Assembly: GCA_965219265.1 (NCBI GenBank)
Contig: OZ244730.1
Coordinates: 1,546,501 to 1,610,500 of the forward strand
Length of the DNA: 64,000 nt
Reading direction: 5' to 3'
From: Arenicellales bacterium
GTDB taxonomy: Bacteria > Pseudomonadota > Gammaproteobacteria > Arenicellales > JAJDZL01
Made by a program: the position numbers and the translations under genes. The notes below the pieces were generated by a model, which made no database searches, was not told the DNA's origin, and was given only the letters and a program-made list of their open reading frames with translations. Of the stretch, positions 38,317-47,840 are shown one piece after another; position 1 is the first letter of the stretch, and each line of letters opens with the position of its first letter.

Positions 38317-39588
38317 TTGGCCGATACAACTCTATCTCCAAGCGGTCCTATCACTACAGCGGATGGAACGCCGCTAAAGGTTAGCCTTGCACGCGCGCTC
38401 AGAAGAGACAAGCTTAAATCGCTTGCTCTGGTAACACCACTATTTCTGTTTATCGGGCTGACTTTCCTGATTCCGATCGCTGATATGCTATGGCGAGGTG
38501 TCGAAGACCCCATCGTATCCACCTATCTGCCCCGCACCACAGAAGAACTCAAACAATGGGACTCCGAATCCGGTGTTCTGCCGGACGAAAGAATCTACGA
38601 AGCTCTGGCTTTGGACATAAAGGAAGGTGCACCAGATCGTGTAATCACACGAGTTGGAAAGCGTCTGAATTATGAATTGCCCGGAATGTCGAGTCTTTTC
38701 AGGAAGTCACAAAGGCGAGTTCCGAAACTTGAAGGTCCTCCCTACAAGGATGCCATCATCAAGGTCGACAAACGCTGGGGACAACTGGAGACTTGGCAGG
38801 TTGTCAAAACGTTCAGCCCTACCCTCACTGCTGGCTATTTCTGGGCTGCGATGGATTTGCAGGTGACACCGGCTGGCGATGTCGAATTGCAGGATGAAAA
38901 GAAACGCATTTACATCAAACTGTTCATACGCACTCTGTATCTCAGTGGAGTCATAACCCTGATGACACTGATACTGGGTTACCCTGTCGCATATCTGCTG
39001 GCGACTTTACCCCTTCGCAGCAGCAACATGTTGCTCATGCTGGTGCTGCTTCCATTCTGGACATCACTTCTGGTACGAACGACATCTTGGATTGCACTAC
39101 TTCAGAGGGAAGGTGTAATCAATGACATGCTAGTCGGTTTGAATATTGTCGATACGGAAAATCGTCTGGCAATGATTCACAACGCTACGGGTACCATCGT
39201 GGCGATGACGCACATTCTGTTGCCGTTCATGATTCTGCCTCTGTACAGTGTCATGAAGACGATACCGCCAAGCTACATGCGCGCCGCGATATCACTTGGA
39301 GCGCATCCATACCGTGCTTTTATCAAGGTTTATGCCCCAAATACCATTCCAGGCATTGGAGCAGGTGGAATTCTGGTGTTTATACTCGCAATCGGGTATT
39401 ACATTACTCCAGCACTGGTCGGCGGTACCTCCGGCACATTCATCAGCAATTTCATCGCCTATCACGTCTCAGTATCACTGAACTGGGGTCTGGCAGCCGC
39501 ACTTGGAGTCATTCTGCTCGGCCTGGTGTTGGTGCTGTATCTCCTTTACGACAAAATTGTCGGCGTCGACAATATGAAACTCGGATGA
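38317..39588 (+). CDS. ABC transporter permease with a long N-terminal extension
   Basis: 423 aa. The first ~190 aa are an extra TM plus a soluble loop. The C-terminal part is PotB-like (SYMRAAISLGAHPYRAFIKVYAPNTIPG). TTG start is uncertain. Confidence 0.75.
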   Translation: MADTTLSPSGPITTADGTPLKVSLARALRRDKLKSLALVTPLFLFIGLTFLIPIADMLWRGVEDPIVSTYLPRTTEELKQWDSESGVLPDERIYEALALDIKEGAPDRVITRVGKRLNYELPGMSSLFRKSQRRVPKLEGPPYKDAIIKVDKRWGQLETWQVVKTFSPTLTAGYFWAAMDLQVTPAGDVELQDEKKRIYIKLFIRTLYLSGVITLMTLILGYPVAYLLATLPLRSSNMLLMLVLLPFWTSLLVRTTSWIALLQREGVINDMLVGLNIVDTENRLAMIHNATGTIVAMTHILLPFMILPLYSVMKTIPPSYMRAAISLGAHPYRAFIKVYAPNTIPGIGAGGILVFILAIGYYITPALVGGTSGTFISNFIAYHVSVSLNWGLAAALGVILLGLVLVLYLLYDKIVGVDNMKLG

Positions 39589-39589
39589 T

Positions 39590-40447
39590 ATGAAAAGCAA
39601 GCTGCCACCGTACACCACTCCGCTTGAACGAATCTGGTACTATCTGTTCCGTTTTATCTGCGGACTGATTTTTCTGTTTCTGATTTTTCCGATTCTGGTA
39701 ATCATCCCGCTATCGTTCAATACAGTTCCTTTCTTCACGTTCACACCGGAAATGCTGTCTTTTAATCCAGAAGGGTATTCCTTGCGCTGGTACGAAGACT
39801 TCTTTACCAACCGGAACTGGAGGGGGGCGGTCAACAACAGTTTCATCATTGCCATATTTTCGACACTGATCGCGACCTCTCTCGGCACCCTCGCCGCTTT
39901 GGGATTGAGCCGACGGAATGTCCCCTATCGCACGCTCATGATGGCGATATTGATTTCTCCCATGATTGTGCCGTTAATCATATCAGCGTGCGGAATGTTT
40001 TTCTTCTATTCGCGTATTCACCTCCAAGGTACGCACCTTGGCGTGATACTCGCGCATGCTGCATTGGGAACACCGTTTGTGGTCATCACGGTTACTGCGA
40101 CTCTAGTCGGATTCGACCGCAGTCTGATTCGTGCGGCAAACAGCCTGGGCGCGGATGGCGTAACCACATTTTTCAAGATTGTTGTGCCACTCATTCTCCC
40201 CGGCGTCATTTCGGGTGCGCTATTTGCATTCATCACATCCTTTGATGAAGTGGTAGTCATTCTGTTCGTTGGAAGTTTCGAGCAGAGAACGATACCATGG
40301 CAAATGTTCTCCGGCATTCGCGAACATATCAGTCCGACGATTCTTGCTGTTGCAACGCTGCTTGTGCTGGTTTCAGTCGCCTTGCTCTCGACACTTGAGC
40401 TGCTTCGAAGACGTTCGGAGAGACTGCGCGGAGTTCGAGCGGCCTGA
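39590..40447 (+). CDS. ABC transporter permease, PotC type
   Basis: 285 aa. SLIRAANSLGADGVTTFFKIVVPLILPG. Confidence 0.85.
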   Translation: MKSKLPPYTTPLERIWYYLFRFICGLIFLFLIFPILVIIPLSFNTVPFFTFTPEMLSFNPEGYSLRWYEDFFTNRNWRGAVNNSFIIAIFSTLIATSLGTLAALGLSRRNVPYRTLMMAILISPMIVPLIISACGMFFFYSRIHLQGTHLGVILAHAALGTPFVVITVTATLVGFDRSLIRAANSLGADGVTTFFKIVVPLILPGVISGALFAFITSFDEVVVILFVGSFEQRTIPWQMFSGIREHISPTILAVATLLVLVSVALLSTLELLRRRSERLRGVRAA

Positions 40448-40449
40448 TC

Positions 40450-41364
40450 CTAGACTGGGCGATCTCCATTGATCGTCAATCGCCACATCAACCTGCGTTC
40501 GCCTGGATAGTCATTCAGCGCATAGTGCTGAAGACATCGATTGTCCCAGAAAGCGATCGAACCTTTCTCCCAACGAAAATTGCAGCAGATGTCCGGCTGC
40601 ACTGCATGTTTCACCAGATAGCGAAGAATCGGTTCTGATTCCTCATCCGACATTCCATCAATCCCGATTGTAAACGGCTCATTTACATACAGAGCTTTTC
40701 TGCCCGTTTCCGGGTGGGTTCTTATGATTGGGTGCAAGCTGTGCTGATGTGCTCTGGAGTCAGATTCTATCGGCGTTCCGGAATGTTTCGAGCGATAGTC
40801 TTCGCTTGCATATTCACCGCCAGCACCGTAAACATTTTCCGCACTGTGAATCGCTTTCAATCCGGAAAGCAGGCCTTTATATGTTTCGGATAGCATATCG
40901 TATGCCAGATACTGATTCGCAAATAAGGTATTGCCGCCGTACTGGGGAATATCAATCGCACACAGTAAAGAGCCCAGAGGCGGAATTTCATCAAATGTCA
41001 CGTCGCTATGCCAGGTACCTGAGAAATTGTATTTGTCTTGCGGGTTCTTGACGACCATCATGATTTCCGGATGACCTTCCAGGCTGCCGACGAAGGGGTG
41101 AATATGGAACGATCCAAATTTACTGCCAAATGTCTTGAGAGATTCTGGCTCAATCGTCTGATCTCGTAAGAATATGACCATGTGATCAAGAAAGGCAACC
41201 TTGATTTCCTCGATGGCAGCCGACGGCACTGGGCGTGAAATATCTACACCGAATATTTCTGCACCACAAGCTCCCGCATAGGGTTTCACTTCAACATGTC
41301 GATATCTTCGTTTGACGGCATTGAGACCAATACCAGGTATTACTTTGGGTCTGTTCCACTTCAC
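40450..41364 (-). CDS. TauD/TfdA-family Fe(II)/2-oxoglutarate dioxygenase
   Basis: 304 aa. GTWHSDVTF (HxD facial triad), ...HSLHPIIRTHPETGRKALYVN..., WDNRCLQHYA. Confidence 0.85.
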   Translation of the reverse strand: MKWNRPKVIPGIGLNAVKRRYRHVEVKPYAGACGAEIFGVDISRPVPSAAIEEIKVAFLDHMVIFLRDQTIEPESLKTFGSKFGSFHIHPFVGSLEGHPEIMMVVKNPQDKYNFSGTWHSDVTFDEIPPLGSLLCAIDIPQYGGNTLFANQYLAYDMLSETYKGLLSGLKAIHSAENVYGAGGEYASEDYRSKHSGTPIESDSRAHQHSLHPIIRTHPETGRKALYVNEPFTIGIDGMSDEESEPILRYLVKHAVQPDICCNFRWEKGSIAFWDNRCLQHYALNDYPGERRLMWRLTINGDRPV

Positions 41365-41545
41365 TAGATTGTACCTTTACATTTTTTCGACGTTTTTCTC
41401 GCAACCCATCTTCGCAGCATTCTTACCCTTGCCAGCTTGATTTCCATATCTTGATAACAGGTCATGAAATCTTTTGAATTGCCATCATAATAACAGTAAC
41501 TTTTGATTGAACTATTCTTTAATCCCTTCTTAACACAAATATTTG

Positions 41546-41995
41546 TCAATGTTTTTCTGCTACATTCAGGAGGGCTTGCAAGTCAGCAGGAGTAAGTATT
41601 GGAATAGAAAAATCTGAAGTCAGCGAAAGTAAATCTCTATCGCCAGTAATCAACGCACTAGCATTTCCTACCAGGGCAAGCTCCAGAAAGCATCTGTCAT
41701 TTGAATCTCTGCATTTTGGAACAATCGGCTGTTTTGATACCGTGACCGGCTCACACCAAGTGAGATAATCAGCAAGCAGGGACTGTTGCTCGTTTGTTGT
41801 TAAATTGAATTTTGGATACGAAAGTGTTCGAATGAGTTCTATAACAGTTTCTTGGCTGGTCAGTGGGCGAATTGTTGCTAATTTCCATGCGTTGAGTAAC
41901 CATGTCAACGAACCATCAGGGAACAGTAAAGCTGACAATAGAACATTCGTATCTAAAACCAGACACATCTCCTTCAGTTTTTCTGACGAGCCCAT
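41546..41995 (-). CDS. PIN-domain toxin
   Basis: MCLVLDTNVLLSAL... and ...DSNDRCFLELALVGNASALITGDRDLL (acidic PIN residues). May start at the internal ATG at 41968. Confidence 0.8.
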   Translation of the reverse strand: MGSSEKLKEMCLVLDTNVLLSALLFPDGSLTWLLNAWKLATIRPLTSQETVIELIRTLSYPKFNLTTNEQQSLLADYLTWCEPVTVSKQPIVPKCRDSNDRCFLELALVGNASALITGDRDLLSLTSDFSIPILTPADLQALLNVAEKH

Positions 41996-42198
41996 GCAAT
42001 GGCTTCAGTAATATCGGCTTCAGTCACACCGAGTTCAGCCAGCTTGGCTCTAACAGTGTCAGCTTGCACAATGTTTACAGGCGTCAGGACGATACGCCCT
42101 TTATCTTTGATAACATCAAAATACTCTATACCCGGAAAATCAGAAATCACTGATTTAGGGAGAGTCAATTGATTTTTAGATGTGAGTTTCGACAGCAT
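41974..42198 (-). CDS. AbrB/MazE/SpoVT-family antitoxin
   Basis: 74 aa. SKLTSKNQLTLPKSVISDF...GRIVLTPV swapped-hairpin motif. Directly upstream of the PIN gene. Confidence 0.75.
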   Translation of the reverse strand: MLSKLTSKNQLTLPKSVISDFPGIEYFDVIKDKGRIVLTPVNIVQADTVRAKLAELGVTEADITEAIAWARQKN

Positions 42199-42213
42199 AT
42201 TTTGTTAGCGGAA

Positions 42214-42225
42214 TTGTTATAACAA
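42214..42225. promoter_or_regulatory. candidate operator: perfect 12-bp palindrome upstream of the AbrB-type antitoxin
   Basis: TTGTTATAACAA lies 16 nt upstream of the start codon. An extra TTGTTA half-site sits at 42202-42207. Confidence 0.3.
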
Positions 42226-42361
42226 GGAATCACGGAAAACAGTATACCATACATCCTTTAATTTCTAACACTCGTTATTCTATCTTTCGGACTACGGCAT
42301 TGAGATTCTCTTTGATTTGAAAGTTCTGATCAATGACGGGTGCTTTGGGAATTGACTGGGA

Positions 42362-42565
42362 AATTTAGCAAAGCAACGTAATGGTTGTAGCACCTATCAT
42401 TCTTTCTACCCTCAGTACGTCCAGCGTTATCAGACGGAATTCGAATACCGGTTCAACCGCCGCCATAGCTTGTCGGATCTAATTCCCCGTCTTGCTTGGA
42501 TCGCGCTGAGAGCACCACCCATGCCTGAAAAACTTCTGAAACTCGGCTTAACATATAAGTGGTAA
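42362..42565 (+). pseudogene. IS1595-family transposase C-terminal remnant
   Basis: NLAKQRNGCSTYHSFYPQYVQRYQTEFEYRFNRRHSLSDLIPRLAWIALRAPPMPEKLLKLGL matches the ...GTYH....KHL.RYL.EF.FRFNRR... tail of ISXO2-like transposases. A stop lies immediately upstream and no N-terminal part is present. Confidence 0.6.
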
Positions 42566-42742
42566 CTAGGAAAAATTAACTAGAAATGTCTACAACACAT
42601 ATTCTTCACAATAAACTGAGTGACCTTAATCGTGAATCACCAAGTAAAATATGCTGTTTTGCAGGAAATCGCTAACAATCCCTGGTTAGATATTCTCCTG
42701 CGGCAAATACTGCCAAATCAGAAAGGTTGATGTGAACGCTTC

Positions 42743-44359
42743 ATGGTGAAAAGTTTGTTTGACTACATCATTGTAGGCGCCGGTACCGCAGGTTGCGTAC
42801 TGGCAAATCGACTGTCCGTAAATTCTGCAAATTCTGTCTTGCTGCTAGAAGCTGGAAATAGAGACTGGAACCCATGGATTCACATTCCAGTCGGTTATTT
42901 CAAGACTATGCACAATCCGAAAACCGATTGGTGTTATCGAACTGAACCAGATCCAGGTTTGAACGGTAGATCAATAAACTGGCCACGCGGCAAGGTTCTT
43001 GGAGGTTCAAGTTCCATTAATGGCCTGATTTATATTCGTGGTCAAAAGCAGGACTTCGATGAATGGGAAGCAGCGGGAAATACAGGTTGGTCTTACCGAG
43101 ACCTGTTGCCTTACTTCCGAAAATGCGAACATCAAGAGCGTGGAAGTGACGAATATCACGGCATTGGCGGCAATCTGAAAGTTTCCGACATGCGCATAAG
43201 ACGAGGTATTGGTGAGGCGTTCATAGAGGGAGCCAACGAAATCGGCATACCGCGAACTGACGATTTCAATTCAAAGATTCAGGAAGGAGTTGGATACTAC
43301 CAGTTAACTGCTTGGAAAGGACGACGATACAGTTCTGCGATCGGTTATCTGAAACCCGCTAGAAAACGATCAAACCTCACTGTTCTAACAAATGCTCTCT
43401 CACATCGCATTGTGTTAAACGGTAGTCAGGCTGTCGAAGTTGAAGTTGAGAGAGGCAACTCAATAGAATCTTATCGTGCCAATCGAGAAATCATTCTGTG
43501 TGCCGGTGCGATAAACTCGCCGCAACTGCTAATGCTGTCCGGTATCGGCGATGGAAGCCATTTGCAGGAATTTCAAATCCAAACCAGACATCACCTACCG
43601 GGAGTCGGTGACAACTTACATGATCATCTTCAAATTCGCTCCGTTTATCGATGTTCGGTCCCTACCTTGAATGACGAAGTTAGGAACCCTTTATACCGTG
43701 TACTCATCGGTCTTCGATATTTCGCATTTCGCACTGGCCCCATGTCGATGGCAGCAAGCCAAATTGGAATATTCACCAATTCCTCGCCGGAAATCAATCG
43801 ACCTGATATTCAGTTTCATTTTCAGCCACTTAGTTCGGACAGTCCGGGGCATGGCGTGCACAATTTTTCCGGAATCACTTCATCCGTTACGCAGCTACAG
43901 CCGACTAGCCGCGGGAATCTTCGGCTTAAGTCGCCCAACCCGCGAGACTATGTTGCTATTCACCCAAACTACTTGAATACGGAACTTGACCAGCTCACTA
44001 CCGTGAACGGCATGCGTGTGTCCAGAAGAATAGCTCTCAGCAAGGCAATGGCCAACTATGTAGAGGAAGAGATGTTACCCGGTAAAGATGTCCAAACTTA
44101 CGAAGAACTACTAGACTGTGCACGAAACAATGGTGAGACGATCTATCATCCTGTTGGAACCTGCAAAATGGGGACGAGCTCGGACCCACAGGCGGTGGTT
44201 GACGCTAGATTGAGAGTCCATGGCCTGACTGGATTGCGTGTAGTTGACGCATCCATTATGCCGACCATCACATCCGGGAATACCAATGCTCCCACATTTA
44301 CCATCGCGGAAAAGGCATCTGACCTGATTCTGGAAGATCAGAAATCCGACAACAATTGA
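42743..44359 (+). CDS. GMC-family FAD oxidoreductase (choline-dehydrogenase-like)
   Basis: 538 aa. FDYIIVGAGTAGCVLANRLS, GKVLGGSSSINGLIYIRG, C-terminal IYHPVGTCKMG and ...VVDASIMPTITSGNTNAP. Confidence 0.9.
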   Translation: MVKSLFDYIIVGAGTAGCVLANRLSVNSANSVLLLEAGNRDWNPWIHIPVGYFKTMHNPKTDWCYRTEPDPGLNGRSINWPRGKVLGGSSSINGLIYIRGQKQDFDEWEAAGNTGWSYRDLLPYFRKCEHQERGSDEYHGIGGNLKVSDMRIRRGIGEAFIEGANEIGIPRTDDFNSKIQEGVGYYQLTAWKGRRYSSAIGYLKPARKRSNLTVLTNALSHRIVLNGSQAVEVEVERGNSIESYRANREIILCAGAINSPQLLMLSGIGDGSHLQEFQIQTRHHLPGVGDNLHDHLQIRSVYRCSVPTLNDEVRNPLYRVLIGLRYFAFRTGPMSMAASQIGIFTNSSPEINRPDIQFHFQPLSSDSPGHGVHNFSGITSSVTQLQPTSRGNLRLKSPNPRDYVAIHPNYLNTELDQLTTVNGMRVSRRIALSKAMANYVEEEMLPGKDVQTYEELLDCARNNGETIYHPVGTCKMGTSSDPQAVVDARLRVHGLTGLRVVDASIMPTITSGNTNAPTFTIAEKASDLILEDQKSDNN

Positions 44360-44367
44360 ATCTGGCT

Positions 44368-45093
44368 TTAATCGTTGTCGTCCACTTCGGCACCAGCGCC
44401 ACGCTGTCGTGACAAATCACTCGCAGGAACAAACGACTGTGTTGCCACCTCTTTGAGGTTCCAGTACAACTCGTCCGCTATTTGAATTCTTCGAAGACTC
44501 GTTGCAGATTGATATTCATCGAATGGCTCAAGACTGAGTTCTGAATAATTCGATGGATTGCCAGAACCGACATTGTGAAGACGGGTACACTGAATATCCA
44601 CTCTGTCATTGAATTTGACGTCACGTATCCTGTCAATCGGCGCACTCATCCAGAGATTTCCCATTTCGGCGACGACTTGTACCGTATCCCACTGCATATG
44701 AAACTCATAGCCATCTTTCGACCTGCGAAGCATCAATGGCAACAGCAACGCAAGATTTTGCACATCATGAATTCTTGCACGACTATTCTGACTCTCCTGC
44801 AAAGCCGATCTAGCACATAAACTGTCTATTATCTGAAGCAGTGTAATGTAGCCTGAATCCGATTTCAGGGATATATTCAGACTCTCATCGTGTCCAAATC
44901 GCAGTTGCCTGGTATTTCTGGAATCCTGCTTGAGTTCAGGTAATGAACGAAACAAGTCCTCAAGTGCGGGAAAGTCTTGTGAGGCCAGCCAGACTATCGC
45001 TTCTGCAACTTCAGAGTCAACTCCAGCAGGCACACCCGCCGCCGATATAACTCGCCGGCAAAGTAATTTTGTCTCACTGATGGAAAGGTCCAA
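44368..45093 (-). CDS. hypothetical protein (possibly DUF3726-like)
   Basis: 241 aa. N-terminus ...LLCRRVISAAGVPAGVDSEVAEAIVWLASQDFPALEDLF recalls DUF3726, but the label is tentative. Last gene of a three-gene minus-strand unit. Confidence 0.55.
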   Translation of the reverse strand: MDLSISETKLLCRRVISAAGVPAGVDSEVAEAIVWLASQDFPALEDLFRSLPELKQDSRNTRQLRFGHDESLNISLKSDSGYITLLQIIDSLCARSALQESQNSRARIHDVQNLALLLPLMLRRSKDGYEFHMQWDTVQVVAEMGNLWMSAPIDRIRDVKFNDRVDIQCTRLHNVGSGNPSNYSELSLEPFDEYQSATSLRRIQIADELYWNLKEVATQSFVPASDLSRQRGAGAEVDDND

Positions 45094-45123
45094 ATATGAC
45101 TCGCCTTCTCAATTCATGTAATG

Positions 45124-46851
45124 TCAACTATCTGCTGACACGACCGGAAATGCCCAGTCATCGGATTTCTCAGAATGCAGTTCGTCTGGGAGGGGAGCGC
45201 CTTGAAATAACGTAATTCGTGTCCACAGATCGGATTTTGGATCGAAACGGGTTGCACCGAATATAGAAAGTTTGCACCGTAAAATATTAATTGGCAAACA
45301 GTCAGCACCAAGCAGATTGTCCTGAATCTCTGCAAATGGAAAACCCTCCAGCGAATGAATTCTTGTAATGATGTGGCGAAAATGTGGCTGCACCAAAAGA
45401 AATTCTGCAACTGAACAATTTTGGTTTTCTGCCGATGCAACACACAGAGCCTGATACAGACGAGCAACATCCCGAGCAACACCAATTCTCATTTCCAATT
45501 CGCTTCCCGGCTCGTTATATCGCTCGCCCCGCCGCGGTTCTTCCTTCTCTTGAGATACATACCAGAAGAAATACTCCGAACTGGGATTTGAGAAATCGAT
45601 CTGCAATGCCCATCCATAATGATTTTCGATGTGAGATTGAAGTTGTTCAACAGTCATTCTTGCATCCAGTCGAGTGAATTCGCTCACACCCATATACTGT
45701 TCAAGCTCGTTGACCAACTCAGGATGCAATTCCAATATCAAACTGTGGACAAGTTCCTGACATTCCAGACTGGCATGGGCAGATGCCCATTCAACAAGGT
45801 GATTCCAAGGGAATTTTGTGCCTCGCAACGAAGATCCCATACTCGTCAGTTGTTTAACTTCGTTCTTCAATACTTGAATTCGGCACTCTTGCTCTTGATC
45901 AAGAGTAATCCACTGCTCCAAATGCCTGCTCACCCGCTCAATGAGATTTTCGAAGCGGCTGACGACTGCCTGTGAAATCTCTTCAACGGCCTTCACCCGT
46001 GAAATTGCCGTTTCTCGTATGTACATCCATTGATTGATTAGTTGAGGATGCCCCACCAGAAATGGCGCCATACCCAAGCCCGTTGCATTGCCGACGCCAA
46101 AAGCTCGCTTCAAAGATCTTGATAGCGGTACAAATTGCCCATTTCCTCGCTTGCGTGCAATGTGTTCGACAAGGTCTAGACTAAGCTGTCGAGCCATGTA
46201 CACCGTCAACATTTCGGCTTGAAATGGCAGATTGAACGGCGTGGTCTGTTTGACATGGTCGAAATCCAGCAATCCGAATTTTCCATTTCCATAGACTGCT
46301 GTAGTTCGAACCAGATAACCTATGGCTGCGATGTCACTAACCGCAGGTTGTCGCCCTGATGAGAGATGGCTCACTACGGACTCGAACAACCGAACACTTT
46401 TGTTCGCCCTGCTCATCACAATTTCCCGCTGGCTCATGCGGCCGGCTTCCTGTAAAGGCAGTTGTTTGTTCAACCTGTCGATGTCCGACTCAGTAGCAAT
46501 GCCATTGAACAGTGTAAACGACATGTCCCATTTCTCTGCGATCACGCGATCTGTACGATCTTGATCATCAAGCGGCGTTGCAAATGCAATGAAGCTAAGA
46601 GAGCCAGACGGAGTATGAATGAAATAGACCAGATGCCCTATACCGAAATCATCCAAAGAATTATGACCGATTTCGAATCGCCACTTCTCTCTGTGCATGC
46701 GTCTGACAAGCGTTCTGGTGAAACTTAAACGGGTAGGATGAAAAGAGCCCAGTCGTTCCAGCTTCATTACCTCTGCTGGTGATCGAAGCGCGTTCGTGTG
46801 GCGGTCTGTCGCTTCCGAGAGCGATTCCGGCTGCAAGTTTTGAGAGTTCAT
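45124..46851 (-). CDS. large conserved-looking hypothetical protein (575 aa), no family recognised
   Basis: Long uninterrupted ORF. Its start overlaps the stop of the M19 dipeptidase gene by 4 nt. No motif I can name. Confidence 0.65.
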   Translation of the reverse strand: MNSQNLQPESLSEATDRHTNALRSPAEVMKLERLGSFHPTRLSFTRTLVRRMHREKWRFEIGHNSLDDFGIGHLVYFIHTPSGSLSFIAFATPLDDQDRTDRVIAEKWDMSFTLFNGIATESDIDRLNKQLPLQEAGRMSQREIVMSRANKSVRLFESVVSHLSSGRQPAVSDIAAIGYLVRTTAVYGNGKFGLLDFDHVKQTTPFNLPFQAEMLTVYMARQLSLDLVEHIARKRGNGQFVPLSRSLKRAFGVGNATGLGMAPFLVGHPQLINQWMYIRETAISRVKAVEEISQAVVSRFENLIERVSRHLEQWITLDQEQECRIQVLKNEVKQLTSMGSSLRGTKFPWNHLVEWASAHASLECQELVHSLILELHPELVNELEQYMGVSEFTRLDARMTVEQLQSHIENHYGWALQIDFSNPSSEYFFWYVSQEKEEPRRGERYNEPGSELEMRIGVARDVARLYQALCVASAENQNCSVAEFLLVQPHFRHIITRIHSLEGFPFAEIQDNLLGADCLPINILRCKLSIFGATRFDPKSDLWTRITLFQGAPLPDELHSEKSDDWAFPVVSADS

Positions 46852-47840
46852 TGCGGTATCAGGCTTTCACGCAGAAATCTGTACCAGTTTCCACCTAGAA
46901 TCAATCTGACTTCCTCCTCTGAGAAGCCAGCATTTGCCAATCCAACAGCAATGTTCTGCAGGTCTCGCGCGCTTCGGAACCAGACGGGATAGTCTGGCCA
47001 CTCAATACCAGTTGAAATGGATGAATTTGCATTGCGCACTGTATTCCATTTCCCGCTACGCATGTATTCAAGGTAGCTGGCATCCCATCCCAGACACAGA
47101 TCGGATCCAATTCCCAGATGCTCAACCCCAATCAAATCGGCAGTCTTGCCAACCATCTGGCAGAAAGAATCCAGTGAACAATCCGTGCCATTGGCAAGAT
47201 GCAAGGGATACAGACTGAATCCCAACATTCCGCCGCTTTGAGCCAATTGAATAAGCAGATCATCTGATTTGTTACGAACTACGTTGTGAAATGTAAGTGG
47301 ATTTGCATGGGTGACTGCGATCGGACGAGCGGAAAACTCAATTGAATCTAGGCAGGTAGTTTCCGAGGTATGAGACACATCAATAATCATGCCCAAGCGG
47401 TTCATTTCCCGTATCACATTCCTCCCGAAGTTCGTCAACCCAGCATCCTTCGCTTCATAACAACCGGCGCCAAGTAGACTCTGGTTGTTGTATGTCAACT
47501 GCATTATGCGAATACCGAGAGTGTGGAAAACTTGAACCAGGGACAAGTTATCCTCGATTGGAGAACTGTTCTGAAATCCCAATATGATTCCGGTTCGATC
47601 CGTTCTACCAGCTTCGTCGATATCGCTCACAGAATGCACCGGCAAAATGAGATCCTCATGCTCAATAAACCACCGATTCCATTTACCAAGAATTGAGAGC
47701 GTCTCTTTGCAGTCATGCCAAAACGCAAGGGTTACATGAACTGCATCTAGACCTGAGTCAACCAATGATTCGAAGTGTTTCCTGTTCCAGTTTGATGCCT
47801 GGAGCGCATCAATGACCGGAAAGCTTTCTTTTAGATTCAT
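46848..47840 (-). CDS. M19-family (renal-dipeptidase-like) metallohydrolase
   Basis: 330 aa. ...VIDALQ...GLDAVHVTLAFW..., GIRIMQLTYNNQSLLGAGC, NRLGMIIDVSHTSE, LGIGSDL. Confidence 0.82.
   Translation of the reverse strand: MNLKESFPVIDALQASNWNRKHFESLVDSGLDAVHVTLAFWHDCKETLSILGKWNRWFIEHEDLILPVHSVSDIDEAGRTDRTGIILGFQNSSPIEDNLSLVQVFHTLGIRIMQLTYNNQSLLGAGCYEAKDAGLTNFGRNVIREMNRLGMIIDVSHTSETTCLDSIEFSARPIAVTHANPLTFHNVVRNKSDDLLIQLAQSGGMLGFSLYPLHLANGTDCSLDSFCQMVGKTADLIGVEHLGIGSDLCLGWDASYLEYMRSGKWNTVRNANSSISTGIEWPDYPVWFRSARDLQNIAVGLANAGFSEEEVRLILGGNWYRFLRESLIPQ

Noticed and set aside
441-41364. PhnZ-like HD protein (441..980) plus the TauD-family dioxygenase (40450..41364) as a two-step oxidative C-P cleavage pair (PhnY*/PhnZ or TmpA/TmpB type).
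   Set aside because: The two genes are ~40 kb apart, in different units and contexts. Nothing in the sequence links them.
41364-41549. A 61-aa ORF between the TauD and PIN genes, and similar small or odd ORFs (11833..12240 +, 54015..54434 -, 232..444 +, 50955..51167 +).
   Set aside because: They have Cys/Lys/Arg-rich or low-complexity sequences in AT-rich spacers or overlap better-supported features. There are no ribosome-binding sites or family resemblance.
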